A DNA stretch of 64,000 bases from Armatimonadota bacterium (GCA_016235455.1 JACRKZ010000012.1:43831-107830); one strand, 5' to 3'; positions 19,063 to 28,818 are shown, numbered from the stretch's first letter. Notes: a model not told the origin generated them from the sequence alone. Numbers and translations are program-made.

Positions 19063-20574
19063 CTACATCAACTCCGGCAACTCCTTGCCGCGGTCGAACA
19101 ACAGCACCAGATCAGCCAACTTGGCCGCCAGCTCCGCCGGCGCGTCCTCGCTCATGCGCCAGGCCCAGTTGGCCGCGGCCACGCCGGGCGTGTTCATGCG
19201 GGCCTCGCTGCCCAGGCCGAGCGCGTCCTGCAGCGGGAAGATGGCCACGTCGGCCGCCGAACTGAGCGCGAGGCGGATCATCGTCCAGGAGATGTCCTTC
19301 GGCTCGCCGCCCAGGTAGGCCTTGGCCTTGGTCTTCTCGGCGCGGGTAGCGGTCTTCCACCAGCTGCGGGTGGTGTCGTTGTCGTGAGTGCCGGTGTAGA
19401 CCACGGTGTTGGTCGGGTAGAGGTGCGGCAGGTAGAAGTTGGCGCCCTGGTGGAAGGCGAACTGCAGCACCCTCATACCGGGGAATCCGAAGCGGTCGCG
19501 CAGCGCCTTGACCTCGGGCGTGATGATGCCCAGGTCCTCGGCGATGATGGACAGGTCGCCCAGCTCCTGCCACAGCCGCAGGAAGAACTCCTCGCCGGGC
19601 GACTTGACCCACTCGCCGCCGATGGCGGTCTCGTCACCGGCCGGCACGCGCCAGTAGGACTCGAAGCCGCGGAAATGGTCGAGCCGCACGGCATCGACCA
19701 GGCTGAGCGTGTTGCGGAACCGCGCGAACCACCACCCGAAGTTGTCCCACTGGTTGGCCTGCCAGTCATACAGCGGGTTGCCCCACAGCTGGCCGGTGGC
19801 GCAGAAGTAGTCGGGTGGCACGCCGGCCACGGCCAGCGGCGTGCCGTCGGGCTCCAACTGGAAGAGGTGGCGGTTGCACCACACGTCGGCGCTGTCGTAG
19901 GCCACGAAGATGGGCACGTCGCCAACGATGCTCACGCCGTTGTCGGCCGCGTACGCCTTCAGCTCGCCCCATTGTCGCCGGAACATGAACTGGCAGAACA
20001 GGTGGTAGCCCACCGAGTCGGCGAGCTTGTCGCGCCAGCCGGCGAGGGCCGCGGGATCACGGAAGGCCGCGCCAGGCTCCCAGGTGTTCCAGACCGCGCC
20101 GTCGTGGGCCTCCTTGAGCGCGGCGAACAGCGCGTAGTCGTGGGCCCAGCCGCCGATCTCGGGCCGTGCGAACAGCTCCTCGGCCTCGCTGGCCAGCTCG
20201 GGCACGGCGCCCGCCGCATAGCGCTGGTAGGCGCGCTGCAGCAACTCGCGCTTGTAGCCGATGACCCAGCCGTAGTCGACCTGACCCACGGGAAAGTCGG
20301 GCACGGCGTCGAGTTCGGCCTGGGTCAGCAGGCCTTGGGCGGCCAGCAACTCGGGGCTGATCAGCAGCGGATTGCCGGCAAACGCGCTGTGGCAGGAGTA
20401 CGGCGAGTCGCCGTAGCCCGTGGGACCCAGCGGCAGAACTTGCCACAGCTTCTGCTCGGCGGCGGCCAGGAAGTCGACCCAGCGGTAGGCTGCCGGACCC
20501 ACATCACCGATGCCGAAACGGCCTGGCAGCGAGGTCGGATGCAGCAGGATTCCAGAAGCACGCTCAAAAGCCAT
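19063..20574 (-). CDS. malQ: 4-alpha-glucanotransferase (amylomaltase, GH77)
   Basis: SGILLHPTSLPG, WQVLPLGP, GVPPDYF, GQLWGNPLYDW, RLDHFRGF, IAEDLG, YTGTHDNDT, RMNTPG. Confidence 0.97.
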   Translation of the reverse strand: MAFERASGILLHPTSLPGRFGIGDVGPAAYRWVDFLAAAEQKLWQVLPLGPTGYGDSPYSCHSAFAGNPLLISPELLAAQGLLTQAELDAVPDFPVGQVDYGWVIGYKRELLQRAYQRYAAGAVPELASEAEELFARPEIGGWAHDYALFAALKEAHDGAVWNTWEPGAAFRDPAALAGWRDKLADSVGYHLFCQFMFRRQWGELKAYAADNGVSIVGDVPIFVAYDSADVWCNRHLFQLEPDGTPLAVAGVPPDYFCATGQLWGNPLYDWQANQWDNFGWWFARFRNTLSLVDAVRLDHFRGFESYWRVPAGDETAIGGEWVKSPGEEFFLRLWQELGDLSIIAEDLGIITPEVKALRDRFGFPGMRVLQFAFHQGANFYLPHLYPTNTVVYTGTHDNDTTRSWWKTATRAEKTKAKAYLGGEPKDISWTMIRLALSSAADVAIFPLQDALGLGSEARMNTPGVAAANWAWRMSEDAPAELAAKLADLVLLFDRGKELPELM

Positions 20575-20800
20575 CCGCGGTCTCCCGGCCGGCTGGGCGC
20601 TCCCAGTCGGGCAGCCAGCGAGGTGAATGTACCATAGCCTGCCGACACCTGTCGCCGATCCTGTCGAGGATAGCCCGTCCGCCGTAACCACGGCACCCCA
20701 GGAGTCGTCTTGTCTGTCATCAGCGTGACGCAAGTGGCTTGTTCTGGCGATAGTGTAATGGTCGATCCGGGTAGAAGATCAGGATAGATGGCAGAGACCG

Positions 20801-21460
20801 ATGCAAGGCACAGGCTGGACCGACATTGCAGAGCGATGGCAAGCCGCCAATCAGGGCGGCTGGCTGGTCGTCGGCCACTGGCGCCGTGAACACTGCGCGC
20901 TGGCCTGGCGCGATGTGCGCGCGGTGACCTGGGTGTCCGAATGGGGCCGCTGGGCGCAGCCCACGGTGCTCATCGAACACAACTTTGGTCAGAACGCCTA
21001 CCCTTGCCACGAAGTAGCCGCGCAGCGGCTGCGCCATTGGTGGCGCGAGGCCCGCGATCAGCGGGTCCAGGTGCCGCGCTGGCGCGAAGTGGCCCAGGTC
21101 CTCGACGACCCCGGCCGGCATGGCGGGCGCCGCTGGATGAGCCGGCTGGTGCTGGCCGTGGGCGACCAGGAGGCCTTTGTGCTCGGCGGGCTCGATACCG
21201 TAGCCGCGCCCGGCCGCCTGCACCAGCTCAGCTTCGAGTTCGCCGATCCCGCCCTGGCCACCGCGCTCGAGGCGCCGCCTGTCGCCACCGCCGGTGAATG
21301 GCGGCTGCACGAGGGAGTGGGCACCTATGTCTTCGACTGGTGCCGCCCGACCTTCGGCCGCCGACACGGCTCGCTGACCGGCGTGCTGGCCATCGACCAC
21401 TTCCGCGGCGAGATGGACGCCCCGATGGCGCCCAGCGGTCCGCACGCCGGCGTGCTCTGA
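20801..21460 (+). CDS. Hypothetical protein
   Basis: Fills the gap between divergent malQ and pbpA; GC3-rich codon usage; Trp-rich; no motif recognised. Confidence 0.6.
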   Translation: MQGTGWTDIAERWQAANQGGWLVVGHWRREHCALAWRDVRAVTWVSEWGRWAQPTVLIEHNFGQNAYPCHEVAAQRLRHWWREARDQRVQVPRWREVAQVLDDPGRHGGRRWMSRLVLAVGDQEAFVLGGLDTVAAPGRLHQLSFEFADPALATALEAPPVATAGEWRLHEGVGTYVFDWCRPTFGRRHGSLTGVLAIDHFRGEMDAPMAPSGPHAGVL

Positions 21461-21499
21461 TCCGGCAACCCGCGCCAAAGCGTGGCCTCTAAACTCCCG

Positions 21500-23062
21500 A
21501 TGGATTACGCGCTGGCGCTCTGGCGGCTGGTTTGCCTGGCGATTCTGGCGCTGGTGGTGTTCCCGCTGCTGCGTTGTCGGCGGCCAGCCGGCGCGCCTCC
21601 GGCGCCGAAGTCGTTGGCCGCCTTCTCGGGCGTGGTCTCGCTCGGCTTCGCGCTGGTCCTCGCGCTGCAGGCGCTCTGGGCCCTGGCGCCCGAGGTGAGC
21701 AGCGGCTACCGCGCCTGCGCCACGCTCGACCGCCGCACCTATCGCCTGCGTTCGCCCCACGACCGGCGCGCCCTGGCCGACCGCGCCGGCACGCCCCTGG
21801 TCGTCAACGTCACCTCCGAGGCCGGCATCGTCCGCCAGCACATCTTCGGCTCGCGCATCGCGCATCTGCTCGGCTACCACCACGCCCGCTTCGGCCAGAC
21901 CGGCGCCGAGGCCGCCTGCAACACCGAGCTGTCCACCGCGCGCCGGCCAGCCTGGGCCATCCTTGGCAGCCTGGGCCAGCCGGGCAACCCACTCACCTCG
22001 CCGCTGCGGCTGACGCTCGACACCGCCATCCAGTGTGCCGCCGCCGAGGCGCTCAACGGCAGGATCGGCGCCGTGGTGGTGCTGGCGCCGACCACGGGCG
22101 AAGTGCTGGCCTTGGCCTCGGCGCCCAGCTTCGATCCCGACAGCCTGACCCAGGCGTCGTTCAGGCAACTGCGCGACGACGCCCGTCGGCCGCTGCTCAA
22201 CCGTGCTCTGGCAGGGCTCTATCCGCCGGGCTCCACCTATAAGCCCGTCACCGCTGCCGCGCTGCTGGCCCAAGGCTACGGGCCCGGCACTGCGGTCACC
22301 GTGCCGCCCGAAGGTTACACGCCGCCCGGCGACAGCCAGCCCATCCGCGACCACGAAGCATCGGAGGCCGCGCGCACCGGCCACGCCTGGGCCGGCCACG
22401 GGCGCCTGGACATGCGCGCCGCCATGGCCATGAGCGCCAATGGCTACTTTGCGGCGCTGGGCAACCGGCTCGGTGGTGCTGCCCTCTGTGAGGCCGGCCG
22501 CGCCTTCGGCATCGACCGGCCCTGGGCGCTGACGCCCGACGGCTGGCAGACCGACGACTTGCTGGCCCGACCCGGCACGCTGCCTGACCCGCGCGATCGG
22601 CCGGCGGTCGTGGCGCGCGCCGCCATCGGACAGGGTCGCGTGCTGGTCACGCCGCTGCACATGGCGCTGGTGGCCGCCGCCGTGGCCAACCACGGCCAGC
22701 TCATGCCGCCACGGCTGCTGCTCGAGGCACCCGCGGCGCAACCGCTGGTGGTCATGACCGCGCCCATCGCCGACAAGGTGGCCGGGCTGATGCGCTGCGC
22801 GGTGACCGATCCGCGCGGCACGGCCCGCGGCCTGCGCATGGGCGCCATCCCGGTCGCCGCCAAGACCGGCAGCGCCGAGAACGACAAAGGCGCGCCCCAT
22901 GCCTGGGTCATCGGCTTTGCGCCCAGCGATCGGCCGCGCCTGGCGTTCGCCGTGCTCGTCGAGCATGGCGGCGCTGGCAGCAAGGCGGCCGTACCCATCG
23001 CCCGCGCCGTGCTCGAGGCCGCGCGCCGCGGCGGCTGGCTGGCCGCGGGAGGCACGCCATGA
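21500..23062 (+). CDS. pbpA: Class B penicillin-binding protein (PbpA-like transpeptidase)
   Basis: GEVLALASAPSFDP, LYPPGSTYK (SxxK), MSANGYF (SxN), AIGQG, AKTGSAE (KTG), HAWVIGFAP; N-terminal TMs. Confidence 0.9.
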   Translation: MDYALALWRLVCLAILALVVFPLLRCRRPAGAPPAPKSLAAFSGVVSLGFALVLALQALWALAPEVSSGYRACATLDRRTYRLRSPHDRRALADRAGTPLVVNVTSEAGIVRQHIFGSRIAHLLGYHHARFGQTGAEAACNTELSTARRPAWAILGSLGQPGNPLTSPLRLTLDTAIQCAAAEALNGRIGAVVVLAPTTGEVLALASAPSFDPDSLTQASFRQLRDDARRPLLNRALAGLYPPGSTYKPVTAAALLAQGYGPGTAVTVPPEGYTPPGDSQPIRDHEASEAARTGHAWAGHGRLDMRAAMAMSANGYFAALGNRLGGAALCEAGRAFGIDRPWALTPDGWQTDDLLARPGTLPDPRDRPAVVARAAIGQGRVLVTPLHMALVAAAVANHGQLMPPRLLLEAPAAQPLVVMTAPIADKVAGLMRCAVTDPRGTARGLRMGAIPVAAKTGSAENDKGAPHAWVIGFAPSDRPRLAFAVLVEHGGAGSKAAVPIARAVLEAARRGGWLAAGGTP

Positions 23063-23328
23063 GCCGCCGAGCGATCTGGCGCTTCCATTGGCCGGTCAGT
23101 GCCGCCAGTGCCGGTACGCCAATCTCCAGATTGGCATCGGCCGGCGGCGAAGCCGCAGGCCGACACCGCGGCGGCTCGGTGGCAGACGGTGGTCCCGCGG
23201 ACCACTGCCAATCTGGAGATTGGCGTACCGGCATTGTCGGCGCTCATCGTGGGTGGATTCGCCATTCGACCATAGCCGGTACAACCAGCGTGCTCGCCGC
23301 GCTGGTTGCTCGCGGAGGCACGCCATGA
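23059..23328 (+). other. 89-codon bridging ORF through a repeat element, ATGA-coupled to both pbpA and rodA
   Basis: Its ATG overlaps the pbpA TGA and its TGA overlaps the rodA ATG. Both ends lie in a direct repeat CGCGG(G)AGGCACGCCATGAGC (23044-23064 and 23311-23330). Confidence 0.55.
23077..23264 (+). repeat. ~185-bp REPIN/MITE-like structured repeat, copy 1
   Basis: Perfect 28-bp IR (23109-23136 / 23206-23233: TGCCGGTACGCCAATCTCCAGATTGGCA); imperfect outer IR TGGCGCTTCCA...TGGATTCGCCA. Confidence 0.85.
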
Positions 23329-24764
23329 GCAGGCCCGCCGACCGCCGACACGAGGGCCGCTGGCTGCGACAGGTCGGCTGGTGCCTGGCTGCCTTCTATG
23401 TCGCGCTGGCCGGCCATCGCTGGCTGCGCGGCGGCGTGGCCTTCGACCCGCGCGAGGTGGCGGTGCTGGGCGGGTTCATCGGCGGGCTGCACCTGCTGCA
23501 CGAAGCCCTGGCCGCCACGCGCCTGCGCGGCGACCAGGCGGTGGTGCCGCTGGTCGGCCTGCTGACCGGCCTGGGCCTGCTCATGCGCCTGCGGCTGGCC
23601 ACGCCGGAGACCGCCTGGAACTGGCACGAATGGCTGATCATCCCGGCGGCGCTGGCCGCGCTGGCCGGCTCGGTCTGGGCCTGTCGACGCCATCTGACCA
23701 CGGTCGAGGCCGCCGGCTGGCTGGCCGGGTTCCTGGCGCTCGGGCTATTGCTGTTCGTCGTACGCCATGGCGTGAGCTTCCGCGGCGCCACCTTCGGGCC
23801 TGGGCGCACGACACCCACCGAGCTGCTCAAGCCACTCATGGTCATCTGCCTGGCGGGCTTCCTCAAGCGGCCGCGCGCGCTGTGGGAGCTGACGATCTTC
23901 GGCGCGCTGTTCAGCGCTGTACTGTTGCTGCTGGTCAAGCAGAGCGATCTGGGCATGGTGGTCATCCTCGGCGCGCTGACGCTGAGCCTGTGGTTCGTGA
24001 GCACGGGCCAGAGCCGCTGGCTGCTGGTGGGGCTGAGTGGCGCGGCGGTGGTGTTGCTGCTGCTGAGCATGGGCGGCTCGTCGTTGCTGGGCTCGGCGGC
24101 GCAGCGGCCGCAGCGGCGGGTGGATGCCTGGCTCGACCCCTGGCAAGATCCGCACGGCAACGGCTACCAGACCATGCAGGCCGTGTTTGCCCAGCGCGCC
24201 GGTGGGCTCGACGGCGCCGGCCTGGGCGGTGGCCAGGCGCAGTTGGTGCCGCTGGTGCGCAGCGACTTCGCCTGGGCCGAGTTGGCCGAAGACCTGGGTC
24301 TGATGGGCTGCGCGCTGGTGCTATGCGCCTATCTGGCCCTGTACCGTCGCGGCTACCGCATCGCCTCGCTGGCCGAGCATCCATTCCGTCAGCGCCTGGC
24401 CGTGGGCTGTGTGACCGTGCTGGCCATCCAAACACTGCTCAATCTGGGCGGCGTGGTTCGACTCGTGCCCATCACCGGTATCACACTGCCGTTCATCTCG
24501 CACGGAGGCAGCTCGTTGCTGGTATCCTATTGCCTCATCGGGCTGCTGCTGGCCGTGGGTGACGACCTGGAATTCGCCGAGACCAGCGCCCGGCCCGGGA
24601 GACGTGACGGTGCGGCATTGGCGACCCCTGCTGACAGCGAGCTTGGTGCTGGCGCTGGCTTCGACAGCGCGTGCGGAGCGATTGGAGCTCCTGGTGCGCC
24701 GCGCCGGCCGGCCGGTGGCAGGCGTCGTGGTGCGTCTGGTGCCCCGCACGGACGTGCCGACTGA
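23325..24764 (+). CDS. rodA: SEDS family peptidoglycan polymerase (RodA/FtsW)
   Basis: PTELLKP, QSDLG, WLDPWQDPHGNGYQ, RSDF, PITGITLPFISHGGSSLL. GGAGG RBS before ATG 23325. The C-terminal ~50 aa may be read-through. Confidence 0.9.
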   Translation: MSRPADRRHEGRWLRQVGWCLAAFYVALAGHRWLRGGVAFDPREVAVLGGFIGGLHLLHEALAATRLRGDQAVVPLVGLLTGLGLLMRLRLATPETAWNWHEWLIIPAALAALAGSVWACRRHLTTVEAAGWLAGFLALGLLLFVVRHGVSFRGATFGPGRTTPTELLKPLMVICLAGFLKRPRALWELTIFGALFSAVLLLLVKQSDLGMVVILGALTLSLWFVSTGQSRWLLVGLSGAAVVLLLLSMGGSSLLGSAAQRPQRRVDAWLDPWQDPHGNGYQTMQAVFAQRAGGLDGAGLGGGQAQLVPLVRSDFAWAELAEDLGLMGCALVLCAYLALYRRGYRIASLAEHPFRQRLAVGCVTVLAIQTLLNLGGVVRLVPITGITLPFISHGGSSLLVSYCLIGLLLAVGDDLEFAETSARPGRRDGAALATPADSELGAGAGFDSACGAIGAPGAPRRPAGGRRRGASGAPHGRAD

Positions 24765-26547
24765 CCTGCCCGGCGGCACCTGCGCCCAGGGCGTGACCGA
24801 TGCCGCGGGCCGCTGCGCGTTTGACCCCGTGGACCGCGGACCCTACCGCGCGCTGCTCTATGACGGCGCGCTGCCCGTGGTGCAGACGCCGGTCGACTTC
24901 CCGTCCAAGGGCAGTTCGCGCGGCATCGTCGAGCTGCCCGCGCGCGGCGAGCCCACCAGCCTCAAACTCGGTGTGACGCCCGTGGTGCCCGCCGGCCACG
25001 CCGCGACCATCGATATCGCCGCGGTCGATGCCGACGGCGCGCCGGCCCGCGAGGGCGCCTGGGTGGAGGTCACCGCCGCGTCGGGCACGCTGCGTTTCGG
25101 CGGCGAAGCCGGCCGCAGCCTCACGCTCTCGCTCCACGGCGGCCGGCTGCACGGCACCTTGACCTGCGCCGACGAGGGCAAGGTGGAGGTCAAGGCGACC
25201 TGCCTCTCGACCACCGAGATCGCCGACGTGATCTTCCACGGACGGCCCGCCTACCTGGAACTGGATACCGGCACCAAGGAACGCACCTACACCCAGGCCC
25301 ACACGCCGCCGGGCGAGGACATCCCCATCTGCGTGCGCGCCCGCGACATCGACGGCCGGCCCGTGCCGGGCGTGCCCTACGAGCTGACCTATCGGCCGCT
25401 GCCCGACGGCAAGGCCAGCCGCACCCGGGGCGTCACCGGGCCGACCGGCGAAAGCCTGGTCTTCGGCCGCACCGGCGCCGAGCCCGGCCGCTACCGCGCG
25501 GTGGTGCGCTCGGACCGGCTGCAGGTCTCCGAAGACTATCTCACCGCCACGCCCATCGACCGCTGGATCGGCCTGCAGCTCACCTGGTCGGGCGGCGCGG
25601 GCGACCTCGAGGCCAAGCTGCACGAGAAGGACGACGACGCCGGCGGCAAAGACCTGCTGTTCGCCGCCGAGCCCGCCGGCCGCGTGCTGGTGGTCGACGC
25701 CGACGGCGCGCCGCTGACCCGCCTGGCCACCAACGAGGACGGCGTGGTCAACGCCAAGCTGGTGCGCGTCGCCCCGGGCGCGGTGACGGTCGCCGTCTCC
25801 ACCGAGGATGGCCTGCTGAGCTGGCGCGCCGTGGGCGATGCCGAAACCTACCTGGGTGGCGACGCCCTGACCTATGACCCGCCTTGGCCCGACAGTGAAT
25901 ACGAACTGGCGCCGGGCGCGCACGACGCCGCCCCGCTCGAGGCGCAGAAGCTGCCGCTGGCACTGCCGTTCGGCGACGGCTTCGGCCTGAGCGTGAGCCG
26001 CCTCGAAGCACCTCGCGCCGGCTTGCCCGAATGGCTCGTCTACCGCTTCGACCGTGACCATGTCGCGCGCCATCTGCTGGCTGACGGGCAGCGCCTGGGG
26101 CCCGTGCGCCTGCTGGAGGCGCCGCGCCGCCTGGTGATACCGTACCGCGCCGCGGGCAATCCCGATGGGTCGTTTGCCCTGCGCCTGCACGAGCCGGTCA
26201 TGGGCGAGACGCAGGAGATTGACATCACGCCGCGGCCGCTGGCACTGCTGGGCGGCGTGGGCCGCGTGTGGGACATCACACCCGACGGCAAGAGCGTGCT
26301 GGTGAGCTCCAAGCCGGTCTACAGCAAGCCCGCCGTGGTCGGTGTCTGGCTGCTCAGCACGTTTGGTAGCGGCCAACTGGTGGCCCGCGACTGGCAGACC
26401 GTCACTGCCGCCGCGCTCGTGCCCGAGGGAGTCCTGGTGAGCGGCACGCCGCCGGAGGGTGTGACCAGCCCCGCGCTCTATCGCCTCAAGCCGGCGCCGC
26501 CGGTCGAGAAGACAGACACGGAGACCAAGCCGGAGGGCCAAGAGTGA
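24604..26547 (+). CDS. Secreted beta-rich (Ig/carboxypeptidase-regulatory-like) hypothetical protein
   Basis: GGAG RBS then GTG 24604; signal peptide RHWRPLLTASLVLALASTARA; GRPVAGVVVRL, GVTDAAGR and DGRPVPGV motifs. Confidence 0.75.
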   Translation: MTVRHWRPLLTASLVLALASTARAERLELLVRRAGRPVAGVVVRLVPRTDVPTDLPGGTCAQGVTDAAGRCAFDPVDRGPYRALLYDGALPVVQTPVDFPSKGSSRGIVELPARGEPTSLKLGVTPVVPAGHAATIDIAAVDADGAPAREGAWVEVTAASGTLRFGGEAGRSLTLSLHGGRLHGTLTCADEGKVEVKATCLSTTEIADVIFHGRPAYLELDTGTKERTYTQAHTPPGEDIPICVRARDIDGRPVPGVPYELTYRPLPDGKASRTRGVTGPTGESLVFGRTGAEPGRYRAVVRSDRLQVSEDYLTATPIDRWIGLQLTWSGGAGDLEAKLHEKDDDAGGKDLLFAAEPAGRVLVVDADGAPLTRLATNEDGVVNAKLVRVAPGAVTVAVSTEDGLLSWRAVGDAETYLGGDALTYDPPWPDSEYELAPGAHDAAPLEAQKLPLALPFGDGFGLSVSRLEAPRAGLPEWLVYRFDRDHVARHLLADGQRLGPVRLLEAPRRLVIPYRAAGNPDGSFALRLHEPVMGETQEIDITPRPLALLGGVGRVWDITPDGKSVLVSSKPVYSKPAVVGVWLLSTFGSGQLVARDWQTVTAAALVPEGVLVSGTPPEGVTSPALYRLKPAPPVEKTDTETKPEGQE

Positions 26548-26554
26548 GGGATGA

Positions 26555-26627
26555 TGCGCCAGGAAGGACTCGAACCTTCGACCATCGGATTAAAAGTCCG
26601 TTGCTCTACCGACTGAGCTACTGGCGC
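26555..26627 (-). tRNA. tRNA-Lys: tRNA-Lys (anticodon UUU)
   Basis: Reverse complement folds as GCGCCAG TA GCTC AGTCGGTA GAGC A ACGGA CTTTTAA TCCGA TGGTC GAAGG TTCGAGT CCTTC CTGGCGC A. CCA is not encoded. Confidence 0.96.
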
Positions 26628-26639
26628 TCGGCGGCTGGC

Positions 26640-26668
26640 AGTCTAGCATCGGGTTTGGCTCTGGTCAA
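26640..26668 (-). promoter_or_regulatory. sigma70-type promoter of tRNA-Lys
   Basis: TTGACC-N17-TAGACT on the minus strand, 12 nt upstream of the tRNA 5' end. Confidence 0.75.
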
Positions 26669-26699
26669 CGCGACACGGAAGGTCGCCCCTGCGAGGTGG

Positions 26700-28799
26700 T
26701 TGCTCTCGCTCCTCGTGCTCGTGCTCTGTGCCACCACCCTCGCCGCCCAGCCCGCGCTCGGTGAGCGGCCGCGGCTGTGGGCCAGCGCCGAAGGCGGCCA
26801 GCGCGTGCGCCTGCTGTGGACCGCGCCCGCCGGCGTGTCGGGCTATCGCCTGCTGCGCGACGGCCAACCGCTGGCGCTGCTCGACGCGGGCGCCGTGGCC
26901 TATGTGGACGAGACCGCGCGGCCGGGCACGCGCTATCGCTACGAACTGCAGCCCCAGGGCGCCGGTACTCCCGTCGTCGCCACGCTGGTCATGGGTCCCG
27001 CCACCGAGGCCGCCGAGGCGCGCTCGGGCCAGTTCGATGCAGTGGTCTACGGCGCCACGCCGGGCGGGATCGCCGCGGCCGTGGCGTTGGGCCGGCGCGG
27101 CCGGCGAGTGGCGCTGGTGGAACCCACGGAAGCGCTCGGCGGCATGATCACCGGCGGGCTCGGCCGCACCGATTTCGGCTCGATCCACGCACTCGGCGGG
27201 CCGTTCCGGGAGTTCATGGAGGCGGTCAGCGCCTGGTACAGCCAGCACTATCCCGCCGACCACCCCAATCAGGCCGCCAAGCGCGACGGACTGTACTTCG
27301 AGCCAAGCGTGGCGAGAGCGATCTTCACCGGCTGGCTCTCGGCCCAACCCACGGTGACCGTGCTGCGCGAGTGCCACCTGGTGGGCATGGTCAGCGACGG
27401 CGGCCGGGCGCGCGCCGCGGTCATCGTCGACCGCCGCCGCGCCGTGCGCCGTGTGCTCACCGCGCCGGTGTTCATCGACGCCAGCTACGAGGGCGATCTG
27501 GCCGCGGCGGCCGGCGCGCGGTACCGCATCGGCCGTGAGCCCAAGACCGAGTTTGGCGAGCCCCATGCCGGCCGGCTGTGGTGGGATGTGTGGCAGCGCA
27601 AGGTGATGGAGGTGCCCGGCGAAGGCGACCGCGTCGTGCAGGCCTACAACTACCGCCTGTGCCTCACGCGCGACCCGGCCAACCGCCTCGACCCGCCGCG
27701 CCCGCTGCGTTTCGACCGCGAGCGCTACGTCGGGCTGCTGGCCGACATCGACAAGGGCCGGCTCAAGGCGCTGACCGACATCCTCTCCATTCTGCCACTG
27801 CCCGGCGACAAGTTCGACGCCAACAACCACCCGCAGGGCAACCCCTCCAGCGACCTGGTGCGCGGTGCCGACACCTGGCCCGAGGCCGACTGGGACACGC
27901 GCGTGACGCTGGTCGGCGCCCATCGCGACCACATCGTGGGCCTGCTGTGGTTCCTCCGCGGTGACCCCGCCGTGCCCGAGAAGCTGCGCGCCGACACGCT
28001 GACCTGGGGCCTGGCCGCCGACGAGTTCCCCGAGCAGGAGGGCTGGCCCAGCTGCCTGTACGTCCGCGAAGGCCGCCGCATCGTGGGCGAGACGATCTTC
28101 ACCCAGCACGACGCCATGTCAGCCCCAGGCCAGGACCGCCCCACGGCCAAGGCCGACGCCATCGCGGTGGGCGCCTACCCCATGGACAGCCACGCCACGG
28201 GCGGCCGCCACCCGGAGCATCCCGACTGGCTGGAGGGCTTCTTCTATCTGGCGCGCGGCGAGACACGGCCCTATGGCATCCCGTACGGCGTCATGCTGCC
28301 GCGCGGCGTGAGCGGCGTGGTGGTCTGCAGTGCGGTCAGTTCGACCCACGTCGGCTATGGCAGCCTGCGCATGGAGCCGGTGTTCATGTCGCTCGGCCTG
28401 GCCGCGGGCCTGGCCGCCGACCATGCGCTGACCGAACATCGATCCCCGGCCGACCTTGACCGCGAGCGCCTGCAACTCGACCTGCTGGGCCAGCGGCAGG
28501 TGCTGTGCGTGTTCGAGGACGTCAGCTTCGACACGCCGGGCTGGGTGGGATTCCAGATCCTGGGTTGTCGCGGCGCCTTTCCAGGCTACCTGGCCGAGCC
28601 AGACAAGCCGCTCACCGGCCGCGTCTGGCGCGAGTGGGTCAAGCTGGCGCTGGGCAAGACCGCCGATGTACCGGACGACGACCAGCCGCTGACGATCGAG
28701 GCGCTGAACGCCTCGCTGCGGGCGCTGGGCGGCGGGGAGAGCGCGGGTGTGTCGCGCGCGGCGGCGATGGCGGCGTTGGTGCCGGTGCTGAGGCGATAG
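26700..28799 (+). CDS. Secreted FAD-dependent oxidoreductase with N-terminal FN3-like domain
   Basis: VVYGATPGGIAAA, LGGMITGGLG, FIDASYEGDL, LYVREGRR, LRMEPVFM; FN3-like VRLLWTAP...GYRLLRDG. Start is approximate because the ORF-track start overlaps the tRNA. Confidence 0.85.
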   Translation: MLSLLVLVLCATTLAAQPALGERPRLWASAEGGQRVRLLWTAPAGVSGYRLLRDGQPLALLDAGAVAYVDETARPGTRYRYELQPQGAGTPVVATLVMGPATEAAEARSGQFDAVVYGATPGGIAAAVALGRRGRRVALVEPTEALGGMITGGLGRTDFGSIHALGGPFREFMEAVSAWYSQHYPADHPNQAAKRDGLYFEPSVARAIFTGWLSAQPTVTVLRECHLVGMVSDGGRARAAVIVDRRRAVRRVLTAPVFIDASYEGDLAAAAGARYRIGREPKTEFGEPHAGRLWWDVWQRKVMEVPGEGDRVVQAYNYRLCLTRDPANRLDPPRPLRFDRERYVGLLADIDKGRLKALTDILSILPLPGDKFDANNHPQGNPSSDLVRGADTWPEADWDTRVTLVGAHRDHIVGLLWFLRGDPAVPEKLRADTLTWGLAADEFPEQEGWPSCLYVREGRRIVGETIFTQHDAMSAPGQDRPTAKADAIAVGAYPMDSHATGGRHPEHPDWLEGFFYLARGETRPYGIPYGVMLPRGVSGVVVCSAVSSTHVGYGSLRMEPVFMSLGLAAGLAADHALTEHRSPADLDRERLQLDLLGQRQVLCVFEDVSFDTPGWVGFQILGCRGAFPGYLAEPDKPLTGRVWREWVKLALGKTADVPDDDQPLTIEALNASLRALGGGESAGVSRAAAMAALVPVLRR

Positions 28800-28818
28800 G
28801 GTCGGGCCTACGACCCGA

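Noticed and set aside
22899-23324. N-terminal extension of RodA from 22899
   Set aside because: Overlaps pbpA and the repeat; a clear GGAGG RBS precedes ATG 23325.
26555-26627. tRNA as an integration site, or as a pseudogene (no CCA, A-A mismatch at top of anticodon stem)
   Set aside because: No integrase or duplicated 3' end seen. The other arms and the promoter are intact, and CCA can be added enzymatically.
26544-26699. N-terminal extension of the FAD oxidoreductase ORF
   Set aside because: Overlaps tRNA-Lys and its promoter; the signal peptide begins near 26700.
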